DNA of 64,000 nt from a virus. Position numbers and translations under genes: made by a program. The stretch is taken from positions 29,247 to 93,246 of IMG/VR virus record IMGVR_UViG_3300020045_020105, one strand, 5' to 3'. Shown in pieces: positions 19,646 through 28,715 of the stretch; position 1 is the first letter of the stretch; each line of letters starts with the position of its first letter. Under the pieces are notes generated by a model. That model was not told the origin of the DNA and ran no database searches. It saw only the letters and a program-made list of their open reading frames with translations.

Positions 19646-19996
19646 ATGTCAGCTCAAGATTACATTATCCCAACAAAACAATATCCAGTATTTAAGGCTA
19701 CTTGTACAGCATTTGGTTATATTGAAACTGGAATGTATAAACAATGGAATATTAAGAATGAAACAACTAATTTAGTTGGTGATACTTTTGCTCTTAATTT
19801 TATGGATGCTGTGAGAATGCTTCATGAATGGATTAAGGAAAACGAAGAGTATGTCGTTAATTATAACCATAAATGTAGGTTCTTAATTGAAATCATGGAT
19901 GGAAATGTAGATAAATTTGGGGATCCAATAGAGAGAGAAGTCTATTCAATAGATTGGTATAAAGTTAAAAAATATATTATTGATCAATATAAATAA
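19646..19996 (+). CDS. hypothetical early protein
   Basis: ORF track, first gene after a class I promoter. Confidence 0.65.
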   Translation: MSAQDYIIPTKQYPVFKATCTAFGYIETGMYKQWNIKNETTNLVGDTFALNFMDAVRMLHEWIKENEEYVVNYNHKCRFLIEIMDGNVDKFGDPIEREVYSIDWYKVKKYIIDQYK

Positions 19997-20004
19997 AGAT
20001 CGTT

Positions 20005-20187
20005 ATGAAAAAAGGTATGATATTTGATTTAAGTGTAGGAAGCGATAAAGTAAGAGTAGTTGCTATTTCAGATGTTGCTGTTCGTGGATTGTTGAGTGGT
20101 GAAGTGGTAGTAGGTAGTAGTAGCGATTTTGAAGAAGATATTACCAGTTCGTTAGTAGTAGAAGATATTTATTCGTTAACCAAATAA
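20005..20187 (+). CDS. hypothetical protein
   Basis: ORF track; AAGATCGTTATG start motif. Confidence 0.6.
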   Translation: MKKGMIFDLSVGSDKVRVVAISDVAVRGLLSGEVVVGSSSDFEEDITSSLVVEDIYSLTK

Positions 20188-20198
20188 AAAAGATTGTA

Positions 20199-21185
20199 AT
20201 GAAGACTGTAGCAGAAAAAATAGCTAAATTGCTTGCCAAAGCAGATAGCTCAAAAAAGAATGGTGAAATTGAAGAAGCAGAAATATTTGCAGCTCATGCA
20301 AATCGTTTAATGACAATTAATCAAATCACTGTTGAAGATATTGCAAACATTGGTGGAGATAGGGAAAAACCAAGATTTGAAGAACCAATCCAAGAAACCT
20401 CAATCTTCAACTCACTTTATAAAAACAAAACAGAGGGAACTTGGGAAAGTTCGCTAATAAATACCATTGCAAGAAACAACTTCTGCAGTGCTTTATTTTT
20501 AGGCAATACTTCATTCCATTTAATTGGAACAGCTTCGAATGTTGAATGTTGCTTATTTTTATTTGATGTGATTAAGGAGAAATTCAGAGCAGCAGCAAAC
20601 AATACTTACTCACAACTTGTTGTAAATACAAGAAATAAATATTCAAAAAGTTGTTCTAGTTTATTAGAAGCATCAAATTGGTTTAATTACACCTATCCAG
20701 AGTTCATCTCTACAATGAATGATTTTATGCCTTCTGATTATAGTGATTCTATGAAAGGTAAATATCAGATTTATAAACTTAAAAATCTGAAAGTAGTGGA
20801 TATTCCAGAAAGAAGTGTTTATATTCGTAGTTTCTTATTGGGAGCAGTTTCTGGTTTAAATCAAAAATATAAAAAGGAAAAAGAACAATTTATGGCTGAT
20901 CTTCAGTCAGAGAATCAAGCTATACTGAATCAAATAACTGAAGAAGGTAATTTGGGTTTAGTAAAAACATCAAAAGAACTTGTAAAATTGATTCAAGATA
21001 TAGCTCTAAAAAATGAGTCTAAAATAAAGGACTTTATGAAAGTAAAACACCCTAATACTACAACTACAAGAGGAGAGAGTGCAGGAGATTGGGGTGCACA
21101 TAGTGCAGGTACCAAATTTGGTCAAAATATCGGAATAAATAAAGGTGTATCTTATTCAGGAACTTCAACCAAACAACTTAATTAA
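20199..21185 (+). CDS. DUF2786-domain protein
   Basis: EKIAKLLAKA....EEAEIFAAHANRLM N-terminus; W...L...IARNNFC; RSFLLGAV.GL. Confidence 0.8.
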   Translation: MKTVAEKIAKLLAKADSSKKNGEIEEAEIFAAHANRLMTINQITVEDIANIGGDREKPRFEEPIQETSIFNSLYKNKTEGTWESSLINTIARNNFCSALFLGNTSFHLIGTASNVECCLFLFDVIKEKFRAAANNTYSQLVVNTRNKYSKSCSSLLEASNWFNYTYPEFISTMNDFMPSDYSDSMKGKYQIYKLKNLKVVDIPERSVYIRSFLLGAVSGLNQKYKKEKEQFMADLQSENQAILNQITEEGNLGLVKTSKELVKLIQDIALKNESKIKDFMKVKHPNTTTTRGESAGDWGAHSAGTKFGQNIGINKGVSYSGTSTKQLN

Positions 21186-21187
21186 CT

Positions 21188-21406
21188 ATGGGACAGACTA
21201 CCAAAGTAAAACCAACCAAATTAAAACCAGATTTAGGTTACTACGGTTGTAGTGGATCGTATTTAGCCAAAAGAGCTAAAAAACAACTCAAGAGCAAGAA
21301 AATTGTAAGTCCTGACCTAAGTAAATTGGTTAGGGTTCAAGTTGAAAAAGGTTTGTGGAAATATTTAACACCTGAAAAAGCATTAAATTATGATATCGTT
21401 TACTAA
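21188..21406 (+). CDS. small basic hypothetical protein
   Basis: ORF track. Confidence 0.6.
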   Translation: MGQTTKVKPTKLKPDLGYYGCSGSYLAKRAKKQLKSKKIVSPDLSKLVRVQVEKGLWKYLTPEKALNYDIVY

Positions 21407-21725
21407 TGACGATCATCCCAATTTCCATATAAATATAGAAAAGGGAGCGTTTCAGATTGTAGTATCACTTAATATTGAACCAAAAATGATCCCTTTCCTA
21501 CCAAAGGAATATGTATTTAAGAGTGATAAATTTTATACCTTAGTTTATAAATCAAAAGTAGAAGGATTTATTTCAGAAGAAACAATACTTTCACTTGCAA
21601 ATACAATGATGAAAGCTTTACAAATAAAATGTAGAGAAGCAAAAGCAGAAGCACTTAGAGCAGAAATTAAATCAGTAGCAAATAAAACAACATTTAAACC
21701 AAAACAAACTCAATTTACATTTTAA
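21390..21725 (+). CDS. hypothetical protein
   Basis: ORF track. Confidence 0.6.
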   Translation: MISFTNDDHPNFHINIEKGAFQIVVSLNIEPKMIPFLPKEYVFKSDKFYTLVYKSKVEGFISEETILSLANTMMKALQIKCREAKAEALRAEIKSVANKTTFKPKQTQFTF

Positions 21726-21736
21726 ATAAGATCGTT

Positions 21737-21904
21737 ATGAAAAAGAATCAAGTTAATATCAACGGAACACTTAAGAAACTTCCTACATTTTGGGATGGTT
21801 GGACTTTTTTATTCTTATTTTGTACAGGATTTTGGACACTCTGGTTATTTGGAGATATTCCCTTAAGATGGTGTTGGGGTGTATTAACTAATCTCTTAAA
21901 TTAA
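21737..21904 (+). CDS. small Trp-rich membrane protein (55 aa, not in ORF track)
   Basis: ...FWDGWTFLFLFCTGFWTLWLFGDIPLRWCWGVL; AAGATCGTTATG start motif. Confidence 0.6.
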   Translation: MKKNQVNINGTLKKLPTFWDGWTFLFLFCTGFWTLWLFGDIPLRWCWGVLTNLLN

Positions 21905-21909
21905 GTAAT

Positions 21910-22077
21910 ATGCCAAAATCTATTGCAGAATGGGTTGCAATAATATTTTTACTCTTATGCCTTTATAACGTAGGTAAAAAATCATATAAATCACACCTAG
22001 ATAAAAAGGAACTTAAGAAGTATAATAAATATAGAGAAAAATTTGATAAAAATTTAAAAGATGATCCAAACACCTAA
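21910..22077 (+). CDS. small membrane-anchored basic protein (not in ORF track)
   Basis: MPKSIAEWVAIIFLLLCLYNVGKKSYK... Confidence 0.55.
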   Translation: MPKSIAEWVAIIFLLLCLYNVGKKSYKSHLDKKELKKYNKYREKFDKNLKDDPNT

Positions 22078-22318
22078 AGAAATCCTTGAGCAAATGATTA
22101 AAAATCATGGGTATAAAGGGATAAAAATTGAAGGTGGTAACGAACATTATAAAATCTGGACTATCATTGATGAAATAAGTATTCCAGAAGTAATTTATAA
22201 TTATATAATGAAAAACTATAATGTAGTATTAGGTAGCTCAAACTATTTAGTATTTCATGAGTACCCCCATATTTCACAAGAAATGTTTAAATTACAAAAT
22301 CAAACTATAACAATATGA
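22061..22318 (+). CDS. hypothetical protein
   Basis: ORF track. Confidence 0.6.
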   Translation: MIQTPKEILEQMIKNHGYKGIKIEGGNEHYKIWTIIDEISIPEVIYNYIMKNYNVVLGSSNYLVFHEYPHISQEMFKLQNQTITI

Positions 22319-22617
22319 AAACTAAGAAATACCCATTTATTATGGTAATAAAGTACAAAGAAGGTACTTCTACTTGGGAAGAAAACTTATCTATTGATGA
22401 AGTTAAAGGTCAAAAACTTAAGGCTAAGGAAAGACTTGAAATAGCTCAATCTAAAGCAAAAGAAATTATTGAATTCTTCAATAAAACCTTAAAGGAAAGT
22501 GAAAAAGAAAGGGAAGTAGTTGAAGTAAAAACAGTAAAAGCAGTAAAAACAGTAAAAGCAAAAGGTAAAGATATTAACTGGATGATTATGAATGATTTTA
22601 TTAATAGGAGATTTTAA
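22315..22617 (+). CDS. hypothetical protein with VKTVKA duplication
   Basis: ORF track; GTAAAAACAGTAAAAGCA x2 at 22525-22560. Confidence 0.6.
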   Translation: MKTKKYPFIMVIKYKEGTSTWEENLSIDEVKGQKLKAKERLEIAQSKAKEIIEFFNKTLKESEKEREVVEVKTVKAVKTVKAKGKDINWMIMNDFINRRF

Positions 22618-22619
22618 TC

Positions 22620-22958
22620 ATGAATAAGCCAATTTTAATTATCCGATGTCCCAATATGTTTCCTAATGAAGCTCTAGATGGGATTGTAGAAAATGTTAAA
22701 CAATCAAAATTAGCAGAAACTCATCATCCTATAGTAATAAGAGGAACTGGTAAGGAATTTGAATTCTCTCTTTTAACTTCTAAAGAAGAAGATTTTTTAA
22801 TGTTAAATGTAGAACTATTTGAGCAAATGGTTCATATGGGAGGTGAGTCTATCGAAGGACTTATGGATTTAAAAACCAAGATTGATGCGATTAATGCTTG
22901 GGCAGACAATAATAAACCAAACGGAGACGAGTTCTTAAAAACACTATTATCAAAGTAA
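22620..22958 (+). CDS. hypothetical protein
   Basis: ORF track. Confidence 0.6.
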   Translation: MNKPILIIRCPNMFPNEALDGIVENVKQSKLAETHHPIVIRGTGKEFEFSLLTSKEEDFLMLNVELFEQMVHMGGESIEGLMDLKTKIDAINAWADNNKPNGDEFLKTLLSK

Positions 22959-22962
22959 AATA

Positions 22963-23433
22963 ATGAGTGACTTTCAAATGATGGTTTTTGCAAAAAGACC
23001 AGTCTTACTTAAAAATGCCATGATTCTACTTCAAAATAAAGAAGAAGCAGAGGATTTGGTAGGCGATTCATTATTAAGAGCATTAGAGAAAGAACACTTA
23101 TTTAAAAAGGGTACTAATTTAAATGCTTGGTTATTTACAATTCAAAGAAATACTTTTATAAATAAATATCGCAAAGAGAAAAAATCGATAAAAACAAACG
23201 AAATCACAGATAAGCAGCATCCATTTTCAATAGATTCCATAGAAAATACAATGCTCTTAAAGCAAGTAGTTAATCTAATCAATAATCACTCCAATTCAAA
23301 CTGGAGAGAAGCAATAATGCTAGTATCAAGTGGTTATGAATATCACGAAATAGCAGAAAAACTAGATATACCAATCGGAACAGTAAAGAGTAGAGTACAT
23401 TTAATGCGTAAATATTTAAATAAAAATATATGA
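22963..23433 (+). CDS. ECF-type sigma-70 factor
   Basis: EEAEDLVGD, F..GTNLNAWLFTI.RN.FIN.YR (region 2); GYEYHEIAEKLDIPIGTVKSRVH (region 4). Confidence 0.93.
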   Translation: MSDFQMMVFAKRPVLLKNAMILLQNKEEAEDLVGDSLLRALEKEHLFKKGTNLNAWLFTIQRNTFINKYRKEKKSIKTNEITDKQHPFSIDSIENTMLLKQVVNLINNHSNSNWREAIMLVSSGYEYHEIAEKLDIPIGTVKSRVHLMRKYLNKNI

Positions 23434-23558
23434 AAAACAAATACTATTTAATATTGCTAATCGCAATCCTCTTTATATCTTGTAAAACAACCTTACAACA
23501 AACGAAGGAGTACAAGAATTACCCACAAAACACAGATTGGAAAATACGTAAATTATAA
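23430..23558 (+). CDS. small lipoprotein (42 aa, not in ORF track)
   Basis: MKNKYYLILLIAILFIS-C-KTT lipobox; ATGA overlap with the sigma factor stop. Confidence 0.65.
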   Translation: MKNKYYLILLIAILFISCKTTLQQTKEYKNYPQNTDWKIRKL

Positions 23559-23562
23559 TATA

Positions 23563-24057
23563 ATGAGAAAGTTTAAATTACTTAAGAAATATCCTGCTTT
23601 ACCAATCAATTGGGAAAGTGGTTTAGAAATAGTATTTAAGGGGAATAATTGGTATATGCCAGAGGATAAATCTATCACCCAGAAATCTATTCATTCTGAG
23701 GAAGTCGAAAACTATCCTGAATTTTGGGAAGAAGTAACACCACCAACTTACGAAATACTTGAATTTCAAGACATTCCAGGAAATAGGTATTATAAGCAAT
23801 CAAATGGTAGATTTACAATCAACACTACTTATGAGTATGATTTAGAAGAAATGATTGCAAATAATTACTCAATTACCAGAATAAAGAGATTGAGTGATGG
23901 AGAGATTGTTCAGCAAGGGGATATTATCGGAAAAGAGGGAGTAGCTCAAAGATGTAAAATACACAAGATAACCCCAATGAATATTATCTTGACTACAGAA
24001 ATTATTGCGAATATTGAAGATTTAAAACCTTATTGCGTAAGAAATGATAAGGAATAA
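23563..24057 (+). CDS. hypothetical protein
   Basis: ORF track. Confidence 0.65.
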   Translation: MRKFKLLKKYPALPINWESGLEIVFKGNNWYMPEDKSITQKSIHSEEVENYPEFWEEVTPPTYEILEFQDIPGNRYYKQSNGRFTINTTYEYDLEEMIANNYSITRIKRLSDGEIVQQGDIIGKEGVAQRCKIHKITPMNIILTTEIIANIEDLKPYCVRNDKE

Positions 24058-24352
24058 ACAACATATTGGAGTATTAGGATGTGGACCTAGTTGCATAGGA
24101 TCCGCAGTCTTACACGCTCTAGAAGCTAGAGGACACTCCGTGGAATTCATTACAAAGGATGATCTAATCGAAAATGTAGAATCCATAAAACAAAAATTAA
24201 TTATCATTGGACAACCTGAAGAAGCAATAGTTGCAAATCACTTAAAATTAGCCAACGAAAGAAGCATCCTAATAAATCGCTTACAAATACCTTTCCACTA
24301 TGAAAATAGGAGAGAACGCAGAGCAAAAGAACGTAAAAACAAAAAACGATAA
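24044..24352 (+). CDS. hypothetical protein with a Rossmann-like first strand-helix
   Basis: HIGVLGCG...IGSAV..AL..RGHSV; basic tail. Confidence 0.55.
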   Translation: MIRNKQHIGVLGCGPSCIGSAVLHALEARGHSVEFITKDDLIENVESIKQKLIIIGQPEEAIVANHLKLANERSILINRLQIPFHYENRRERRAKERKNKKR

Positions 24353-24354
24353 TT

Positions 24355-24642
24355 ATGCCAATTTATAAAGCAGAAGCTAGAATAACCAAAGTGTTGCTTA
24401 AGGCAGCACCAGAGCACTTAACAGAAGAACGTATTTGCAGGGACTTTGCCAAAATGATTGTAAAGGATATGCCTATCGAAGATCTTAAGCAATTGTTCAA
24501 CTTCAAAGTAATCGACCCAGAAAACAAAGAAACTAAGAAGGAACCGATGAACCCAGAAACTCCCGAATGGAGAACATCTCAAATACTCCAACTATGGCAC
24601 GATAAAGTAGTATTATACGAAGCAAATATTTTAATACCGTAA
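24355..24642 (+). CDS. hypothetical protein
   Basis: ORF track. Confidence 0.6.
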   Translation: MPIYKAEARITKVLLKAAPEHLTEERICRDFAKMIVKDMPIEDLKQLFNFKVIDPENKETKKEPMNPETPEWRTSQILQLWHDKVVLYEANILIP

Positions 24643-24818
24643 TGGAGAGGATTAATCAAAAAGTCAAAGAATTAAAAGCACAATTCGGAGACAATGCAAA
24701 ATATGTAGTATTAGAAATAATGGACGAAATAAAGAAGTTTGATTATGGACATCCAATTTTACTCAGTACTCGATTAGATTTTTGGAAGATAGTAAAAGAA
24801 AAATTATAAAACAATATT

Positions 24819-24953
24819 ATGAAAATAGATTACACAACACTCCGAATTAATATCCAAGTAGTAAAAGATATGGTTGGTAGTCTATATACTTGTCACAGGT
24901 GTTTGGGTGGAAATTGTCACCCACAAACTTGCAATTGTTGGTGCCATAATTAA
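24819..24953 (+). CDS. small Cys/His-rich protein (44 aa, not in ORF track)
   Basis: ends YTCHRCLGGNCHPQTCNCWCHN. Confidence 0.6.
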   Translation: MKIDYTTLRINIQVVKDMVGSLYTCHRCLGGNCHPQTCNCWCHN

Positions 24954-24963
24954 AAAACTAGTG

Positions 24964-25581
24964 ATGAAAATAATACATTACATCAGTCCAAGAGCTTGCG
25001 GTAAAACAACTGCAGCCAAAGAAATGCAAATGGAAGACCCTGAGGGAGTATTGCTATTTACACATTCGAAACGTGATGGATGGAATTGGGGAGAAAATGA
25101 GAGGGTCCCTAGTAGATTACGTAAGAAATGGAATAAAATAATTCTCGATGAGTATATTTTACAATACAACTCATTAGGTTCTCCTAGTGAGAAAGATCGA
25201 TTTATTTCGTGGCTTTATCAAGTTATAATACCGTCGATTAAAGACGATGGTGAATTAGTATTGATTTCTACACCGGATAAAATATATTCGCAGGAACTGA
25301 TGTTATTGGCTTTAATTCAACAAGAAAACCCTGCAATATTACGATTAGCTAATCGTGAAGATATTGATGTAAAAGGAATAAATAATCAAATTCAAGAGTT
25401 ATATCGTAAGTTTTTGATTCCATCGAGAGAGGATGCTAAAAATAAGATTGAGGTTGTGAAGAAGGATTTTGGGTATAATCTAAATTTGAGAGAACGATCT
25501 AAATTTCAATTTTGTTATGAACTTGGGAAACAAAGATATCACATTGATTGTTTAGGTGAGTATATACTTAAAATTGAGTAG
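24964..25581 (+). CDS. small P-loop NTPase-like protein
   Basis: SPRACGKTT Walker A, IILDE Walker B, LISTP (terminase/helicase-like motif III). Confidence 0.6.
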   Translation: MKIIHYISPRACGKTTAAKEMQMEDPEGVLLFTHSKRDGWNWGENERVPSRLRKKWNKIILDEYILQYNSLGSPSEKDRFISWLYQVIIPSIKDDGELVLISTPDKIYSQELMLLALIQQENPAILRLANREDIDVKGINNQIQELYRKFLIPSREDAKNKIEVVKKDFGYNLNLRERSKFQFCYELGKQRYHIDCLGEYILKIE

Positions 25582-25636
25582 ATACCTGTGGCCTATGGGT
25601 ACGTACTTGATTATATACCAATCAAGTAATGCTCAA
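25574..25636 (+). ncRNA. candidate three-way-junction RNA structure
   Basis: TTGAGTA/TGCTCAA encloses TACCTGTG/TATGGGTA and TACTTGATT/AATCAAGTA hairpins. Confidence 0.4.
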
Positions 25637-25703
25637 GCTATTAATCAAATAACTATACTGATTAAATATTAATCAAAATACTGATTATAAAATAAACAAA
25701 ACT

Positions 25704-26219
25704 ATGAGCTCAAAACTATTTATTTGTGGAATGATTTGTAAAGCCGAAGCAATGACTTTAGGTGATTACAATAAAGAACTTGGTGATTATTTCCCAGTAG
25801 AAGAGGAAAGTATTGATGGTTATAAAATATCGGAACCAGGTAAAGAAACTCGTTGGATTGAAAAACAAACATTTGACGAAATTTATTTTCCAATGGATGA
25901 AGCAACTAAGCAAATGGTTGTTGAAGAATTTTTGGATGGTGAATGGCAACCAATTCTTAAAATAAACCCAATTTCAGAAGAAGATATCAAACAATTTAAA
26001 CTTGATTGGATGGAAATATCTGGTAAAGTTATGTCTGCTCTTGAAGAACAAATTATTGAAGGAATTCCTAAAGTAGTTTGTGATTGTGGGAAGGATGAAG
26101 TTTGTGGAAATTGTGAATGTATTTATGAACCAGATCAAGAAGCTCTTGATTTACACTTTCAATCACTTCAAGACGAAGCAATAGATAATCAACATTATGG
26201 AAACTTTGATCCTATATAA
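25704..26219 (+). CDS. hypothetical protein with a phage 'AEPMT..Y...GY.V...W..K..F...Y' domain and Cys-rich tail
   Basis: KAEAMTLGDYN...DGYKI...WIEKQTFDEIY; CDCG...CGNCEC. Confidence 0.6.
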   Translation: MSSKLFICGMICKAEAMTLGDYNKELGDYFPVEEESIDGYKISEPGKETRWIEKQTFDEIYFPMDEATKQMVVEEFLDGEWQPILKINPISEEDIKQFKLDWMEISGKVMSALEEQIIEGIPKVVCDCGKDEVCGNCECIYEPDQEALDLHFQSLQDEAIDNQHYGNFDPI

Positions 26220-26250
26220 TACTAAGAAGTAACTGCTCATTACTTATATT

Positions 26251-26303
26251 AGAAAAATCTCCGAATTCTCGTATTGAAAATTCGGAGATTTTCTTTATCT
26301 TTG
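26251..26303 (+). promoter_or_regulatory. class II promoter within a long inverted repeat
   Basis: AAATCTCCGAATT...AATTCGGAGATTT followed by TATCTTTG (26296-26303). Confidence 0.7.
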
Positions 26304-26344
26304 TATTTGAAAGAAGGATTGTAAATAACGAATAAATTAAAATA

Positions 26345-26659
26345 ATGGAAACACCAGAAATCAAACTTGTACCTTCTGCTCCTTTTCTAAAATACTCAGG
26401 TAAATTAGTAAATGCACTACTTAAACAAAAACAATCATCATACAAGAACTTATACGAAAGTGATTGTAAAATTCACATTATTGTGGAAGATGGTGTTTTA
26501 TTCTGTGACGAATTTAAGGATTTTTTAATTGGTGGAACTTATGAGGTAACTCGTATCAATACCAAGTATCTATCACTTAGATTTAAAAAACGTAATTATA
26601 CGAGAGTACTTGTGAACAAACACATTACTTATACAATCGAACCAATTATCGAAGCTTAG
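26345..26659 (+). CDS. hypothetical protein
   Basis: ORF track. Confidence 0.6.
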   Translation: METPEIKLVPSAPFLKYSGKLVNALLKQKQSSYKNLYESDCKIHIIVEDGVLFCDEFKDFLIGGTYEVTRINTKYLSLRFKKRNYTRVLVNKHITYTIEPIIEA

Positions 26660-26661
26660 TT

Positions 26662-26862
26662 ATGGAAAGACCAATAGGAGATAAGTTTGAAGTGGAAAAT
26701 GGAAAGATACTTCAAGTTGTAGAAAAGATTGGATGTGACTTATGTTTCTTTAATGATACTGATGATTGTTCTCAAGATTCTATCTTTAAAAACAGAGGAC
26801 AGTGTTATTTTGTAGGCAGAAAAGATTTAAAATCAGTTCAATTTCAACTTGTAAAAGAATAA
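26662..26862 (+). CDS. small Cys-containing hypothetical protein
   Basis: GCDLCFF...C...C....RKD.KSV.F. Confidence 0.65.
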   Translation: MERPIGDKFEVENGKILQVVEKIGCDLCFFNDTDDCSQDSIFKNRGQCYFVGRKDLKSVQFQLVKE

Positions 26863-26864
26863 CC

Positions 26865-27071
26865 ATGTCACAAGAAGACAAAATTAAGTTTATGAAGATG
26901 GCTCTCGGTATAATGGGAGTATCTTTAGAAGAGAAAAAACTCGACTATATTATATCTATTTATGATTTAATATTGATTAAGAAGGGTGAGACTGATTTAA
27001 TGGATATTTGTAAGGTAAAATCAGAAGTAGATATAAAACATAAAATAACCATTCCAATTGTAGAAGTATGA
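26865..27071 (+). CDS. hypothetical protein
   Basis: ORF track; ATG start at 26865. Confidence 0.6.
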   Translation: MSQEDKIKFMKMALGIMGVSLEEKKLDYIISIYDLILIKKGETDLMDICKVKSEVDIKHKITIPIVEV

Positions 27072-28108
27072 GACTAATTCCAGACTGGGAAACACCAAAG
27101 AGTACAGTACTCGTATACCCAAGATCAATTAAATCTAACGAAAGTAGTAATGAGGTATCTCGAGAGGTACTACTTCCATTTTACCATCAATTTATTAAAA
27201 CAATATTACGAAGTAATCGTAAGATTCAAATTGATTTATTAATTCAACGTTGTGATGATGATATTATAAATAACGTAGATCCTTTAACTGATTTAATCCA
27301 AACACTTGGAGTACTATCAAATCGTCTCAATCTTCACGTTATGGAATGTGAGGATATTTGGGTACGTGATTTCGGACCATTCTCTTGTACTATGGGGACT
27401 AATTACAATTTTGGTTTCAAGTTTAAATACAATCCAAGCTATCACAAAGGACAAGAACCAACTATAGATAATAGTGCAGGGTGGTGTATGAATTTTAAAT
27501 TTTATCCTAATTCTCCACTTGTTCAATCAAAGAATGAACCAATTACTTGGGATGGAGGAAACTACACATACAATGGAAACGGTACCTTAATTATTCTTGA
27601 CTCAATATTTAGAGAGAACCCAAAATGGTCAAAACGTTTATTAATTGAAACCATTAAAAATCAGTTTGAACTAGAAGAAGTAATTGTACTACCAACTCAA
27701 GTAGACGATGAAATAGGACATATTGATGGAATACTTCGTTTTATCTCACCAACTGAAATTGCAATCGGTACTTATACACGTAGAGTTGAACCAGAAGGAC
27801 AGCAATACATAGATAATCTTATCAATCTACTCAAAGATAAGTTCTCAATTCTTGAAGTACCTTCATATATTGTACCAGATAAACTTGGAAAATCAAGTAT
27901 CGAATCTGCAGAAGGCTGCTATATTAATTTTTTACGTATTGGAGATACAATTATTGTGCCTCAATTCGGTAATTATAGAGACAGAGCGGTAGTAGATATT
28001 TTAAAATCAACAGGGCTAAATATTATTCCAACTACTTACACAGAAGATGTAGTTAAATTAGCTCGATTTGGTGGAGTATTCAATTGTATAACTAACTATA
28101 TTTATTAG
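27068..28108 (+). CDS. agmatine deiminase / peptidylarginine deiminase family protein
   Basis: PDWE, DIWVRDFGP, DGGN, GHIDG, YINF, GGVFNCIT (catalytic Cys). Confidence 0.88.
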   Translation: MRLIPDWETPKSTVLVYPRSIKSNESSNEVSREVLLPFYHQFIKTILRSNRKIQIDLLIQRCDDDIINNVDPLTDLIQTLGVLSNRLNLHVMECEDIWVRDFGPFSCTMGTNYNFGFKFKYNPSYHKGQEPTIDNSAGWCMNFKFYPNSPLVQSKNEPITWDGGNYTYNGNGTLIILDSIFRENPKWSKRLLIETIKNQFELEEVIVLPTQVDDEIGHIDGILRFISPTEIAIGTYTRRVEPEGQQYIDNLINLLKDKFSILEVPSYIVPDKLGKSSIESAEGCYINFLRIGDTIIVPQFGNYRDRAVVDILKSTGLNIIPTTYTEDVVKLARFGGVFNCITNYIY

Positions 28109-28111
28109 TCC

Positions 28112-28411
28112 ATGAATCGTCAAGAAATGCTTTTAATTATACTTCAAGAGGAACTTGCAGAGGTAAGTAAAGAAGTAAGTAAAGTGCTTAGATTTGGTAA
28201 AGATGAAATTTGTTCAATTCCAAGTATTAACCCAGATAAGTTAACTAATTCACAAAGAGTAACCCTTGAAGTAGCCGATTTATTTGGTGTTTTAGAAATG
28301 TTGAGAGATGAAGGAGTAATAGAATATCCTATGTTATATGATATAAGAAATAAAAAAAGTAAAGTAGAAATGTATTTAAAAGTTTCGAAAGAACTAAATA
28401 TTTTAAACTAA
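28112..28411 (+). CDS. MazG-like NTP pyrophosphohydrolase
   Basis: LQEELAEV...K..RFG...EVADL. Confidence 0.75.
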   Translation: MNRQEMLLIILQEELAEVSKEVSKVLRFGKDEICSIPSINPDKLTNSQRVTLEVADLFGVLEMLRDEGVIEYPMLYDIRNKKSKVEMYLKVSKELNILN

Positions 28412-28416
28412 AAACC

Positions 28417-28713
28417 ATGTCACAAAATTACAAACATCGAAAATCAGGTGAAATCTACACTGTGATAGATATCAGTGTAATGAATGCTACGAATAAGCAA
28501 GCAGGACAACCAATGGTACTCTATCAAAATCAAGACGGAGAGAAATTTGTACGTGAACATAAAGAGTTCTATAATAAGTTTGAATTGGTACCTATAACTT
28601 CAACTAAAGCAATTAATTATTGTGATATTGAAGGAGTTAATGACTGTGATTATTTAAGATCAGGTAATTTGTGTTCTAATAAAGATTACTGTAAAAACAA
28701 AACATCTTTTTAA
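28417..28713 (+). CDS. DUF1653-domain protein with Cys-rich tail
   Basis: YKHRKSGEIYTVI...MVLYQ....FVREHKEF..KF. Confidence 0.75.
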   Translation: MSQNYKHRKSGEIYTVIDISVMNATNKQAGQPMVLYQNQDGEKFVREHKEFYNKFELVPITSTKAINYCDIEGVNDCDYLRSGNLCSNKDYCKNKTSF

Positions 28714-28715
28714 TT

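Noticed and set aside
22525-22560. 18-bp tandem duplication
   Set aside because: in-frame slippage duplication with no evidence of function
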